A stretch of DNA of 64,000 bases from an uncultured Actinomycetes bacterium (lineage in GTDB: Bacteria; Actinomycetota; UBA4738; HRBIN12). Positions 51,247-60,167 of this stretch are shown here, piece after piece (within the stretch, counting starts at the first letter, position 1; every line of letters begins with the position of its first letter). The stretch covers positions 78,111 to 142,110 of the forward strand of contig CAWFJU010000008.1 in assembly GCA_963816275.1 (NCBI GenBank), given 5' to 3'. The translations under genes and the position numbers were made by a program. The notes below the pieces were generated by a model. The model had not been told where the DNA came from. It did no database searches and worked only from the letters and a program-made list of their open reading frames with translations.

Positions 51247-51798
51247 TCACTCGCCGCCGTAGACGCCGGGCCGGAGCGTCGCGACGTACGGGAGGTTCCG
51301 GTACCGCTCGGCGAAGTCGAGCCCGTACCCGACCACGAACTCGTCGGGGATGTCGAAGCCCACGTACCGCAGGTCGAGCGGCACCTTCTGGATGCCTTCC
51401 TTGCGCAGGAGCGCCGCCACCTCGAGCGATCTGGGCTTGCGGGCGGCCAGGTTCTTCAGCAGGTACTTCAGCGTCAGACCCGAGTCCACGATGTCCTCGA
51501 CGAGCAGGACGTCCTGGCCATCCAGATCGTGGTCGAGGTCCTTCAAGATCCGCACGACGCCCGAGGTCTTCGTGGCCGCGCCATAAGACGACACCGCCAT
51601 GAAGTCGAACTCCAGTGGGAGTCCGACGTAGCGGGCAAGGTCGGCCATCACGACGAACGCACCCTTCAGCACGCCGACCAGCAGCAGCTGCGACCCGGCG
51701 TAGTCCGCGGTGATCCGGGCGCCCATCTCGGCGAGCTTCGCCTGGATCTCTTCGCTGGAGATCAGGACCTTCTCGATGTCGGCAGCGTAGGCTTCCAC
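51247..51798 (-). CDS. hpt: hypoxanthine phosphoribosyltransferase
   Basis: 183 aa: ...LLVGVLKGAFVVMADL...FMAVSSYG...VLLVEDIVDSGLTL...VVGYGLD.AERYRNLP. Confidence 0.93.
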   Translation of the reverse strand: MEAYAADIEKVLISSEEIQAKLAEMGARITADYAGSQLLLVGVLKGAFVVMADLARYVGLPLEFDFMAVSSYGAATKTSGVVRILKDLDHDLDGQDVLLVEDIVDSGLTLKYLLKNLAARKPRSLEVAALLRKEGIQKVPLDLRYVGFDIPDEFVVGYGLDFAERYRNLPYVATLRPGVYGGE

Positions 51799-51840
51799 GT
51801 TAGGGGGCGAGTGTAGCGAGCCGGAGCGAGCGCGTCGGCC

Positions 51841-52863
51841 TCAGGCGGGCCGCGCCGCGGACACGCGCACGGACGAGCGGTCGCGGCTGGCCGTGCGCCC
51901 GCCCGGGAGGTCCCGGCGCCGCCCCGGCCGACCGGCCGCGAGGTCGAGCACCGCGTGCACCGCGTCGCGGGTCCACGGAGCCGCCTCCTCGTCCACCGTC
52001 GAGAGGTGCCAGAGCGCCGAGCGCACGACGCGGGCAGCGAGCGACGGTGGGAGCGCCGCGAGCGCCTGGGCGTCGAAGCGCACCTCACCCTCGTGATGCT
52101 CGACGATCGATCCTTCCTCGACGCGCGACTTCCGCAGGAGCTCGAGGCGATCCGCGTGGAGCACGGATGCCGTGCGGGCCAGGGTCGCCTGCACCTCTCG
52201 GCCGGTGAGGGAGCCCAGCATCGGCATCACGTCGAGACGGATCGCCGCACGCAGGAACCGCCGATCCTCGTTCATCGGGTCGCGCCGTGGCCGAAGTCCG
52301 AGGGAGCGACAGGCCGCCTCGACCTCGGTGCGCGTGACGTCGATCAACGGCTGGACGCTCACGAGCCCGGGGCGTTCACCGAACGCGGGCCAGATGCCGG
52401 CGAGTCCGTCGAGCCCGGTCCCGCGCACGAGGTTCAGCAGCACCGTCTCCGCCTGGTCGTCGAGCGTGTGGCCCTCGGCGATCACCGCCGATCCGATCTC
52501 GCGACGCACGTCGGCCGCGGCGGCCGACCGTCGACCGGTCGCCCACGACTCGACCGACTCGCCCTTGGCCGGGGCATCCTCGGCGACCCGCAGGTGGAAC
52601 GGCAACGAGTGCCGCGCCGCGAGCCGCCGCACGTACCCGGCATCGGCCGGCGAGTCGGGACGCAGACGATGGTCGAAATGGAAGACCTCGAGGCGGATCT
52701 TGAACAGCCTCCGGAGACGAAGGAGCGACTCGAGCAGGCACACGGAATCGGGACCGCCCGAGACGCAGACCAGCACGGCGTCGCCCGGCTGGACCATCTG
52801 ATGCTCGCGGACCGTGGCCGTGACCCGCTCGAGGACGCGGGCGACGGCCGGGGGGCGGCGCAT
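51841..52863 (-). CDS. tilS: tRNA(Ile)-lysidine synthetase
   Basis: 340 aa. The PP-loop is VLVCVSGGPDSVCLL, followed by ...EGHTLDDQAETVLLNLVRGTG... Confidence 0.9.
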   Translation of the reverse strand: MRRPPAVARVLERVTATVREHQMVQPGDAVLVCVSGGPDSVCLLESLLRLRRLFKIRLEVFHFDHRLRPDSPADAGYVRRLAARHSLPFHLRVAEDAPAKGESVESWATGRRSAAAADVRREIGSAVIAEGHTLDDQAETVLLNLVRGTGLDGLAGIWPAFGERPGLVSVQPLIDVTRTEVEAACRSLGLRPRRDPMNEDRRFLRAAIRLDVMPMLGSLTGREVQATLARTASVLHADRLELLRKSRVEEGSIVEHHEGEVRFDAQALAALPPSLAARVVRSALWHLSTVDEEAAPWTRDAVHAVLDLAAGRPGRRRDLPGGRTASRDRSSVRVSAARPA

Positions 52864-52870
52864 CGAGCGG

Positions 52871-53941
52871 CTACTCCACCACCCGCGCGACCCACGCGGC
52901 GGGGTCGGAGATCTCGGCGAGGCTCGGGAGGTTGTCCGGCCGCGCCCACACGAGGTTGAACGAATCCTGCCCGGCGAGCCGCACGGCCTCTCGGACGAAC
53001 CGCTCGCCGGCGTCGTACTGCTTGATCTTCTGCTCGAAGCCGATCGCCTTCTGGAAGGTCCGCTCGACGCTGGATGCCTTGCGGCGCTTGGCGAGGGTGC
53101 GGCGCATCCGGTCGACGTCGGCGACGTGTTCGCGGCCGACCTCGTTCATCACGAACGACGCGTGCCCCTCGAGGAGCGACATGATCCCTTGGAGCGTCAT
53201 CACCAGCTCACGCTGCGCCGGCGTGAGGATCAGGAAGACCGCGCCCATGCCACGGAGGTCGACGCCCGCCTTGGCCTCATCGGCGGCGCGCTTCAGCTGA
53301 TCCATGAGGTCCTTCGAGTCGAGCGAGACCGACCCCAGGTAGGTGTCGATCATCCCGGCGAGATGGTCACGGAGCCAGGGCGCCGCGCCGAACTGGACCC
53401 GGTGGGTGACCTCGTGGATCGCGATCCACAACCGGAAGTCCCGGGCCGACAGTCCGAAGGTTCGTTCGACCTCGGCGACGTTCGGGCCGACGAAGTAGAG
53501 GAGCCCCTCGTCGTCTGGTGGCACGAAGACGTCGTACTGACCGAGCACACGCTTGCCGACGTAGCCGAGGAGCGCGCCGGCCTGCGCACCCATCGCCTTG
53601 CGCTTGTAGCTCGCCCGGGACGTCTTGTCGGCCATCACGCGCGCGGCCAGCGGCTCGATCAGTCGCTGGAGGCCGTTCAGGTTCGCCCGGATCCATTCAC
53701 CGCGCGACATCACCCAGGCTCGCGACCGGAACCCCTCGACGCTGAGGCCGCTGAACGAAGTGATCAGGGTCTCCGCGTGCGGCACGAGCTCGGCGAAGTC
53801 CTCGCGCATCCGAGCGCGTTCCACCGCAGGGACGGGCACGCCCGGCCCGGAAACCTTCTTCCCGACCTGGAGCGCCGTCTCCCAGTCGGCCAGCCGAGCC
53901 GCCTGGGAACCCATGGACCAGTCGACCTCCGTCGCGCCCAT
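52871..53941 (-). CDS. zinc-dependent metalloprotease, DUF2342 family
   Basis: 356 aa with the HEXXH motif in WIAIHEVTHRVQF. It occupies the conserved position next to tilS in actinobacteria. Confidence 0.8.
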   Translation of the reverse strand: MGATEVDWSMGSQAARLADWETALQVGKKVSGPGVPVPAVERARMREDFAELVPHAETLITSFSGLSVEGFRSRAWVMSRGEWIRANLNGLQRLIEPLAARVMADKTSRASYKRKAMGAQAGALLGYVGKRVLGQYDVFVPPDDEGLLYFVGPNVAEVERTFGLSARDFRLWIAIHEVTHRVQFGAAPWLRDHLAGMIDTYLGSVSLDSKDLMDQLKRAADEAKAGVDLRGMGAVFLILTPAQRELVMTLQGIMSLLEGHASFVMNEVGREHVADVDRMRRTLAKRRKASSVERTFQKAIGFEQKIKQYDAGERFVREAVRLAGQDSFNLVWARPDNLPSLAEISDPAAWVARVVE

Positions 53942-53957
53942 GGGGGTGGGAAGGCGG

Positions 53958-54605
53958 TCAGCCCTCCCCCGCCGCCTTCTTCTTCGCGGCGATCATCCCG
54001 GCTCGGCGGGCCTTGCCCTCGGCGATGCGGCGGTCGGTGCCGGCGGCCAGCAGCTCCTCGAGGGTCGAATCGAACACGGCCTGATCCATCGAGACCTCGA
54101 CGCGCTCCGCGGGCTCGGCCGGCGGAGCCGGCGGTGCGGCCGCGGCGGGAGCAGGGGCCGCCTCGGCGGCCTGGACCGCCGGGGCCTGTGCGGCTGCGGC
54201 AGGTGCCGCGACCGCTACCGGGGCGGCAGTGGCGGGCGCCGTGGCGCCGGCGGGCACCGGGACGGCCGGCGGGGCCACGACCACGGGCACGGCCTGCGAG
54301 AGATCGACGTTGCGACGGGGCAGCTCCTGCCCGATCACCACGCGGTCGGCCCGCACGACCTTGATCGATTCCTCGTCCTTGGCGAACCGAGGCGCGAACC
54401 GCATGTAGCCGATCACGATCATCAGGATCGTCACGATCCCGACGAGCGCGAGGAGCTGGGCGGCCTGGAAGACCCAGCCCCCGTCGTTGCGAACGGGCGT
54501 GGCGGTGGGCTCGACCTTGACCTGCGCCTGGGCGACCCCGGCGACGTACATCACGAACACGGCGGCCACGGCGAACGAGGCGAGGAGACGTCCAGAGGTC
54601 TTCAT
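53958..54605 (-). CDS. hypothetical membrane protein, Ala/Pro-rich
   Basis: The start is taken at the ATG at 54605 because the ORF-track start would overlap the tRNA. The N-terminus MKTSGRLLASFAVAAVFVMYVAGVAQA is signal-like. A TM helix (LLALVGIVTILMIVIGY) follows, then a long AP-rich tract and a basic C-terminus. Confidence 0.55.
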   Translation of the reverse strand: MKTSGRLLASFAVAAVFVMYVAGVAQAQVKVEPTATPVRNDGGWVFQAAQLLALVGIVTILMIVIGYMRFAPRFAKDEESIKVVRADRVVIGQELPRRNVDLSQAVPVVVAPPAVPVPAGATAPATAAPVAVAAPAAAAQAPAVQAAEAAPAPAAAAPPAPPAEPAERVEVSMDQAVFDSTLEELLAAGTDRRIAEGKARRAGMIAAKKKAAGEG

Positions 54606-54658
54606 CACGCGGCGGATTCTAGCAACACGTCGACCCTCGACAGGAAGGGCCGTGTGAG

Positions 54659-54730
54659 AGCCGGAGGTGGGATTTGAACCCACGACCTACCACTTACGAG
54701 GCGGTTGCTCTGCCCCTGAGCTACTCCGGC
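54659..54730 (-). tRNA. tRNA-Thr (anticodon CGT)
   Basis: The hand-folded cloverleaf is GCCGGAG-TA-GCTC-AGGGGCA-GAGC-A-ACCGC-CTCGTAA-GTGGT-AGGTC-GTGGG-TTCAAAT-CCCAC-CTCCGGC-T. CCA is not encoded. Confidence 0.9.
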
Positions 54731-54859
54731 GGGGACCCATGAGTCTACCAAGGGGGTGGTTCGGGCCCACGGCGGCGCGGATCCTGGGGTGGTGGCACCA
54801 CCCGAGATGTCGCGCACGCCACCCTTCCCCGCCGTAGTCTCCTCGTCCATGATGCGCGC

Positions 54860-56968
54860 ATGGCGAGGACCGACGTGGACGTAGCACGACCCGTGCAGCG
54901 GGTGATGGTGGGGACGGATCGATCGGAAACGGCCGAGCGCGCGGTCGGCTGGGCAGCCGCGTTCGCGGAGCGATACGAGGCAGAGTTGCATGTGGTGCAG
55001 GTCATCTTGCCGCAGCACCCGGGCGACACCGCCTACGGCGCGGCCGAGGCCACGCGGGCCCGTGGCGCCGCCGATGCGCTCGAGACCTACGTCAGGACGA
55101 TCGCCGGCGAGCGCGGGCGAGCGCACGTGGTCATCGACGACGACCCGGCGATGGCCATCGTCCACGCGACCGAGGACCAGGGCATCGACGTGCTGGTCGT
55201 CGGCAACGCGGGCATGGCGGGCCGCAAGGAATTCCTGCTCGGCAACGTCCCGAACCGGATCAGCCACAACGCCCGGTGCACGGTGATCATCGTCAACACG
55301 GCCGGCGCCGACGGCCACGTCCAGCCGGTGCGCGACCCGCGGAGCACGGCGGTGATCCGCAGCTCGAAGGTGGACGAGGACGTACAACCGCACCTCACCC
55401 GACGCGGAACGCAGATCGCGGCGGTGTTCGCGAAGCACGGCCTGAAGGAACTCTTCGGGCGTCCCGACGAGCAGGGCGCCGTCGGGCGCCGGCGCCAGGC
55501 CAAGCGGCTGCGGAACGCGCTCGAGGAGCTCGGGCCCACCTTCGCCAAGCTCGGCCAGATCCTGTCGACCCGGCCGGATCTGCTCCCGTCGGAATTCATC
55601 GAGGAGCTCGCGACGCTCCAGGACCACGTGCCGCCCCTGACCGAGGAGCAGGTCGTCGCGGTCATGGAGCAGGAGCTCGGGGTTCCGTGGGAGGACGTCT
55701 TCGAGACGATCGAGCCGCAACCCCTCGCGGCCGGCACGATCGCCGAGGTGCACCGGGCGATGCTCGCCTCGGGCGTGCCGGTCGTCGTGAAGGTGCAGCG
55801 GCCCGAGGCCAAGGAGACGATCGAGCAGGACCTCGCGCTGATGGAGGTCTTCGCGGAGAAGGTCGGCGCACGCCAGGGCCTGAAGGCCGTCATCGACATG
55901 GAGGCCGTCTTCAACCACCTGTCGGACTCGCTGCACCGAGAGCTCGACTTCCGTCAAGAGGCCTCGAACATGGACCGGATGCGCGGCGTGATCGCGCCCT
56001 TCTCCCGTCTGGCGGTCCCGACCGTGATGGGCGAGCTCTCGACCTCGCGCCTGCTCGTGATGCAGGACGTGCAGGGCGGCCCCCTGTCGATCGCCCCCGA
56101 AGGGACCGCGCGGGACGAGGCGGCGCGCCAGCTCCTGGAGTCGTTCTACAAGCAGATCATGGTGGACGGCTTCTTCCACGCCGACCCGCACCCCGGGAAC
56201 CTGATGTGGCAGCCGGCCGAGGACAAGCTCTACTTCCTGGACCTGGGGATGGTGGGCGAGGTCGGGCCCGAGATGCGCGAGCACATGATGCTCCTGCTGA
56301 TGGCCTTCTGGCAGGAGGACACCGGCTTCCTCACCGACGTGTCGCTGATGCTCGCCGGCGCGATCGATCGGAGCGACCTGGACGTCGACGCGTTCGGGGC
56401 CGAGATCGGCGACCTCATGGCCAAGTACCGCACGGCGAACCTGAGCGACATCCAGCTCGGTCCGATCCTGCAGGAGATGACCGAGGTCTCGCTGCGCCAC
56501 GGCGTGCCGCTCCCCGCCTCGCTGACGCTGACCGGCAAGGCGCTCGCGCAGATGCAGCTCGCCACCGCCCAGCTCGACCCGGAGATCGATCCCTTCGAGG
56601 TCGCGGGTAAGTTCCTGATGCGAAGCATGTTCACGCAGATGGGCGGCAAGACCGACCCCAAGGCGCTCTTCTATCAAGCCCAGAAGTTCAAGGTGCGGGC
56701 GATGCGCGTGATCGAGGCGATCGAGCGGATGATCGGCGCGCGGCCAGGGCAGAAGCTCGAGGTGAACTTCCGCGCGAGCACGCTGGAGGCCACGATCCGC
56801 CGGGCCGGCCGCCGGCTGGCGTTCGCACTCACCGCGGGCGCCGCCGTCCTCGCGAGCGGGATCACCGCCGTCTCGGACAAGCCGGCCGCCTGGGTGCCGA
56901 TCGCGTTCGGCGTCGTGGGCGCGCTCCTGTTGCTGGCGATGATCGTCGACATCGCGCGCAAGCGCTAA
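54860..56968 (+). CDS. universal stress protein (USP) domain fused to an ABC1/UbiB-family atypical kinase with a C-terminal TM anchor
   Basis: Intact 702 aa. The USP part reads VMVGTDRSETAERAVGWAA...VLVVGNAGMAGRKEFLLGNVPNRISHNARCTVIIV. The UbiB part reads LEELGPTFAKLGQILSTRPDLLP...PLAAGTIAEVH...VVKVQRP...FHADPHPGNL...LDLGMVG. Confidence 0.85.
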   Translation: MARTDVDVARPVQRVMVGTDRSETAERAVGWAAAFAERYEAELHVVQVILPQHPGDTAYGAAEATRARGAADALETYVRTIAGERGRAHVVIDDDPAMAIVHATEDQGIDVLVVGNAGMAGRKEFLLGNVPNRISHNARCTVIIVNTAGADGHVQPVRDPRSTAVIRSSKVDEDVQPHLTRRGTQIAAVFAKHGLKELFGRPDEQGAVGRRRQAKRLRNALEELGPTFAKLGQILSTRPDLLPSEFIEELATLQDHVPPLTEEQVVAVMEQELGVPWEDVFETIEPQPLAAGTIAEVHRAMLASGVPVVVKVQRPEAKETIEQDLALMEVFAEKVGARQGLKAVIDMEAVFNHLSDSLHRELDFRQEASNMDRMRGVIAPFSRLAVPTVMGELSTSRLLVMQDVQGGPLSIAPEGTARDEAARQLLESFYKQIMVDGFFHADPHPGNLMWQPAEDKLYFLDLGMVGEVGPEMREHMMLLLMAFWQEDTGFLTDVSLMLAGAIDRSDLDVDAFGAEIGDLMAKYRTANLSDIQLGPILQEMTEVSLRHGVPLPASLTLTGKALAQMQLATAQLDPEIDPFEVAGKFLMRSMFTQMGGKTDPKALFYQAQKFKVRAMRVIEAIERMIGARPGQKLEVNFRASTLEATIRRAGRRLAFALTAGAAVLASGITAVSDKPAAWVPIAFGVVGALLLLAMIVDIARKR

Positions 56969-57053
56969 CGAACCGCGGCAACCCCCTTCATCCGCATGCA
57001 CGTATCACCGACCGGTGCTACGTTCCGAAACCCACATGACGAGAGAGGGAGGG

Positions 57054-59882
57054 ATGCACATGTCGTTCGGTACTTCGTCCGCCCGGAGGCGGCTCGGGGC
57101 GATGGTGGCGGCGGCTACGGTCGCGCTCGCCACGTTCGGCGGAGCGGCGCCCGGCGCCGTCGCTCGGACATCGACGTCCGTTCGGCACCTGGCACGGCCC
57201 GCGGCGGGCCGCCCGGCGGCCGGGTACGACGCCCGCACGGCCGGCACGGCCGTCGCCGTCGGCCCGCGCATCGCGAAGGCGCGCGCCTCGCTCGCGCGGT
57301 CGCTGGGTTCCCTCGGCGTCCTCCAGAGCGACCCCGTCACCGGCACGCTCCGGTACGTGGGTCGGCTCGACGGCTTCCTCACCGATGCCAGCACGGCCCC
57401 GGCCTCGAGGGTCGCGCTGCGCTACGTACGCCAGAACCGCATCGCCTTCGGGCTGCGGGCCGCCGACCTGAAGACGCTCCGGCTGCGCGATGACTACGTC
57501 GACGCCCTCGGCACCCATCACCTCTCGTGGGTGCAGCGGGCTGGCGGCCTGACGCTGTTCGGTCAGGGCCTGCGGGCCAACGTGGCGAAGGACGGCCGAC
57601 TGATCAACGTGGTGGGCGGCCCGATGCGCGGGCTCCGCGCACCGACGACGACGGCGCGCATGAGCGCGGCCGGCGCGATCACATCGGCCCGGCACGCGGT
57701 GGGCTCGAGCGCTGCCGACGAGCGCGACACGGCCACGTTGGCCCTGTTCCCGACCGGGCGCGGCGCGCGACTGGCCTGGACCACGACGACGTACGTCTCC
57801 CCGGCCGAGACCGACCTCTCGGTCGTCGACGCGGTGAGCGGGGCGGTCCTCTACCGCGACAACCTGACGGACGCGGGCGCGCCCACGGTGCAGACCGGCA
57901 CCGCCGAGGCGTGGGAGTACTACCCGAGCGACGCCGCGAACAACGGCTCCGGCGTGCCGCAGAGCGTCACCTTCCCGGTGTTCGACGGGAGCGCGCTCTT
58001 CGGGCCTAACGCGTGGGTCTTCAGGGACATCAAGGACGACTCGTATCCGGACCCGAGCGACGACGTGAGGGCATCCGACGGGGTGCTCGACTGGTCCGGC
58101 TTCACCGCGCCGCTCGACACCACTACGGCCAACCAGAACTGCAGCACCACGGTGGCCTGCACGTGGGACATGAACGTCGGCTTCAGCTGGAAGGCCAACG
58201 CGAAGCACGACGCGGTGCAGGTCTACTACTTCTTGAACCGGTTCCATGATCACCTCGCGGCGGCCCCGATCTCGTTCACGGACGCGGCCGGGAACTTCGA
58301 GTACGGCGGCACCGGGGGGCACGACCCGGTCCTCGGCAATGCCTCCGACGGCGCGAACACGGCCGGTGGCGGCTTCCCCGATCTGGGGCACGTCGACAAC
58401 GCGAACATGACCACGTTCCCCGACGGCACACCGCCGACGATGCAGATGTACCTGTTCCGCAAGTTCAATCGGTTCGGACTGCCGGACGTGGCATCGGCGA
58501 ACGGCGGCGACGACGCGGAGGTCGTGTACCACGAGTACACGCACGGCCTGTCGAACCGCCTGGTGGTCTACCCGGACGGGAACAGCGGTCTCGACAACCA
58601 GCAGGCCGGCTCGATGGGAGAGGCGTGGAGCGACTGGTACGCCCTGGACTTCCTGGTGGGCCAGGGCTACAAGCCGAACCCGGCCGGGGACGGCAACCTC
58701 GTCATGGGGGCGCTCACGTTCGGCGGTGACCTACGCAGCCAGCCGGTCGACTGTCCGGTCGGATCCTCCAGCCCGAACTGTCCCGGCACGACCGACGCCG
58801 GCCCGGGCGGCTACACCTACGGTGACCTCGGCCTGATCGCCGGCGGTCCCGAGGTGCACGCCGACGGCGAGATCTGGCTCGAGACGCTGTGGGATCTGCG
58901 CCGCGACCTGGGTCGCAACGCCACCGAGGAGCTCGTCACGCGCGGGATGGAGCTATCCCCGCCCAGCCCGTCGTTCCTCGACATGCGCAACGCGATCCTG
59001 CAGGCGGACATCGTGGCCAACGGCGGCGCCAACGAGGCCGCGATCTGGGCGGTGTTCGCCGACCGGGGGATGGGCTACTTCGCCTCATCGCTCGGTGGAG
59101 GCGACGTGACGCCGGTCGAGGATTTCGCGCTCCCGCCGGTCTGCGGCGTCGTCACCTGCAACACGGTGAGCGGCACCGTGACCGACAAGGTCACGGGCGC
59201 ACCCGCCCAGGGCGTCACCGTGGGCATCGCCGGGCTGGACTCGGGCTTCGCGACGAGCCTGTCCGACACCACCGCGGCCAACGGCACGTACAGCATCGCG
59301 AACGTGCCGCAGCACGACGCGTACGCCGCCCTGAACTTCCGGGGTGGCGGATTCGAGCCGAAGGCGGTGGCCGATCTCGTCGTGAACGGCAACGAGACGG
59401 TGGACACCGCGCTGAACCGCGACTGGGCGTCCCTCGAGGGTGGGGCGACGCTCCGCAAGTACACACCGCCGGACTACGCCCCCTTCTGCGGGTCGAACGC
59501 CAACGGCGCCTTCGACCTGAACCTGGGGAACGGGTGGCCGTCGGACGCTCCCGGCAACGACAGCAGCGGGGTAGGCGGCGCGCGCAAGGCGACCGTCAAG
59601 TTGCCCGCGAGCGTCGATGTCTCGAGCTTCGGCGTCGCGTCGGGCGGCACCTGTGGCGACGGGCCAGATTCCGCCGTCAAGGGGTTCGAGATCTGGACCC
59701 GTACGTTGAACGGCGACTGGCGCAAGGCGGTCGCCGACTCGGCTCCCTCGAACGGACGTCTGAAGACCTACGCCCCGACCAGGGGGACGAACAACGTCCG
59801 CTTCGTGCGATTCGTGATGCTGAGCAACCATGGGAACGCGGCGTACATGGACGTGCTCGAGGTCACGGTGCGAGGGACGTAG
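57054..59882 (+). CDS. secreted M36 (fungalysin-like) metalloprotease with C-terminal carboxypeptidase-regulatory-like and discoidin (F5/8 type C)-like domains
   Basis: The ATG follows GAGGGAGGG, and a signal peptide is present (...AAATVALATFGGAAPGAVA). The zinc site is VVYHEYTHGLSNRLV, with EAWSDWYA downstream. The C-terminus reads ...VRFVRFVMLSNHGNAAYMDVLEVTVRG. Confidence 0.8.
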   Translation: MHMSFGTSSARRRLGAMVAAATVALATFGGAAPGAVARTSTSVRHLARPAAGRPAAGYDARTAGTAVAVGPRIAKARASLARSLGSLGVLQSDPVTGTLRYVGRLDGFLTDASTAPASRVALRYVRQNRIAFGLRAADLKTLRLRDDYVDALGTHHLSWVQRAGGLTLFGQGLRANVAKDGRLINVVGGPMRGLRAPTTTARMSAAGAITSARHAVGSSAADERDTATLALFPTGRGARLAWTTTTYVSPAETDLSVVDAVSGAVLYRDNLTDAGAPTVQTGTAEAWEYYPSDAANNGSGVPQSVTFPVFDGSALFGPNAWVFRDIKDDSYPDPSDDVRASDGVLDWSGFTAPLDTTTANQNCSTTVACTWDMNVGFSWKANAKHDAVQVYYFLNRFHDHLAAAPISFTDAAGNFEYGGTGGHDPVLGNASDGANTAGGGFPDLGHVDNANMTTFPDGTPPTMQMYLFRKFNRFGLPDVASANGGDDAEVVYHEYTHGLSNRLVVYPDGNSGLDNQQAGSMGEAWSDWYALDFLVGQGYKPNPAGDGNLVMGALTFGGDLRSQPVDCPVGSSSPNCPGTTDAGPGGYTYGDLGLIAGGPEVHADGEIWLETLWDLRRDLGRNATEELVTRGMELSPPSPSFLDMRNAILQADIVANGGANEAAIWAVFADRGMGYFASSLGGGDVTPVEDFALPPVCGVVTCNTVSGTVTDKVTGAPAQGVTVGIAGLDSGFATSLSDTTAANGTYSIANVPQHDAYAALNFRGGGFEPKAVADLVVNGNETVDTALNRDWASLEGGATLRKYTPPDYAPFCGSNANGAFDLNLGNGWPSDAPGNDSSGVGGARKATVKLPASVDVSSFGVASGGTCGDGPDSAVKGFEIWTRTLNGDWRKAVADSAPSNGRLKTYAPTRGTNNVRFVRFVMLSNHGNAAYMDVLEVTVRGT

Positions 59883-59902
59883 CCGGTTCGATCCGACGGA
59901 TC

Positions 59903-59928
59903 ACGGGGGCGCCGCGAGGCGCCCCCGT
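59903..59928. terminator. perfect 11-bp GC hairpin between convergent genes
   Basis: ACGGGGGCGCC-GCGA-GGCGCCCCCGT, followed by TCCGTTCC. It lies 21 nt after the M36 stop. Confidence 0.55.
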
Positions 59929-59960
59929 TCCGTTCCCGGGTGCGCCCGCCCCAGGCATGG

Positions 59961-60167
59961 CTACTCGAGGTCGACCTCGGCCCCCGAGCCCGTCAGCTGG
60001 GTCGTGACCTGCTCGGGTTCGGGCCCTGACGGTTCGCCGCCACCCTTGCGCACCGACCGCATCACGGCCTTCTCCAGCACGAACGCGATCACCGCGAAGA
60101 GCACGCCGACCAGCCACCGCTCGATGCGTCGGAGCCCCTTCGGCTTGGGTCGGTCACGGCCGGTCAT
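59961..60167 (-). CDS. small single-TM protein translationally coupled to the upstream histidine kinase
   Basis: 68 aa: MTGRDRPKPKGLRRIERWLVGVLFAVIAFVLEKAVMRSVRKGGGEPSGPEPE... The ATG overlaps the kinase stop (ATGA). Confidence 0.6.
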   Translation of the reverse strand: MTGRDRPKPKGLRRIERWLVGVLFAVIAFVLEKAVMRSVRKGGGEPSGPEPEQVTTQLTGSGAEVDLE

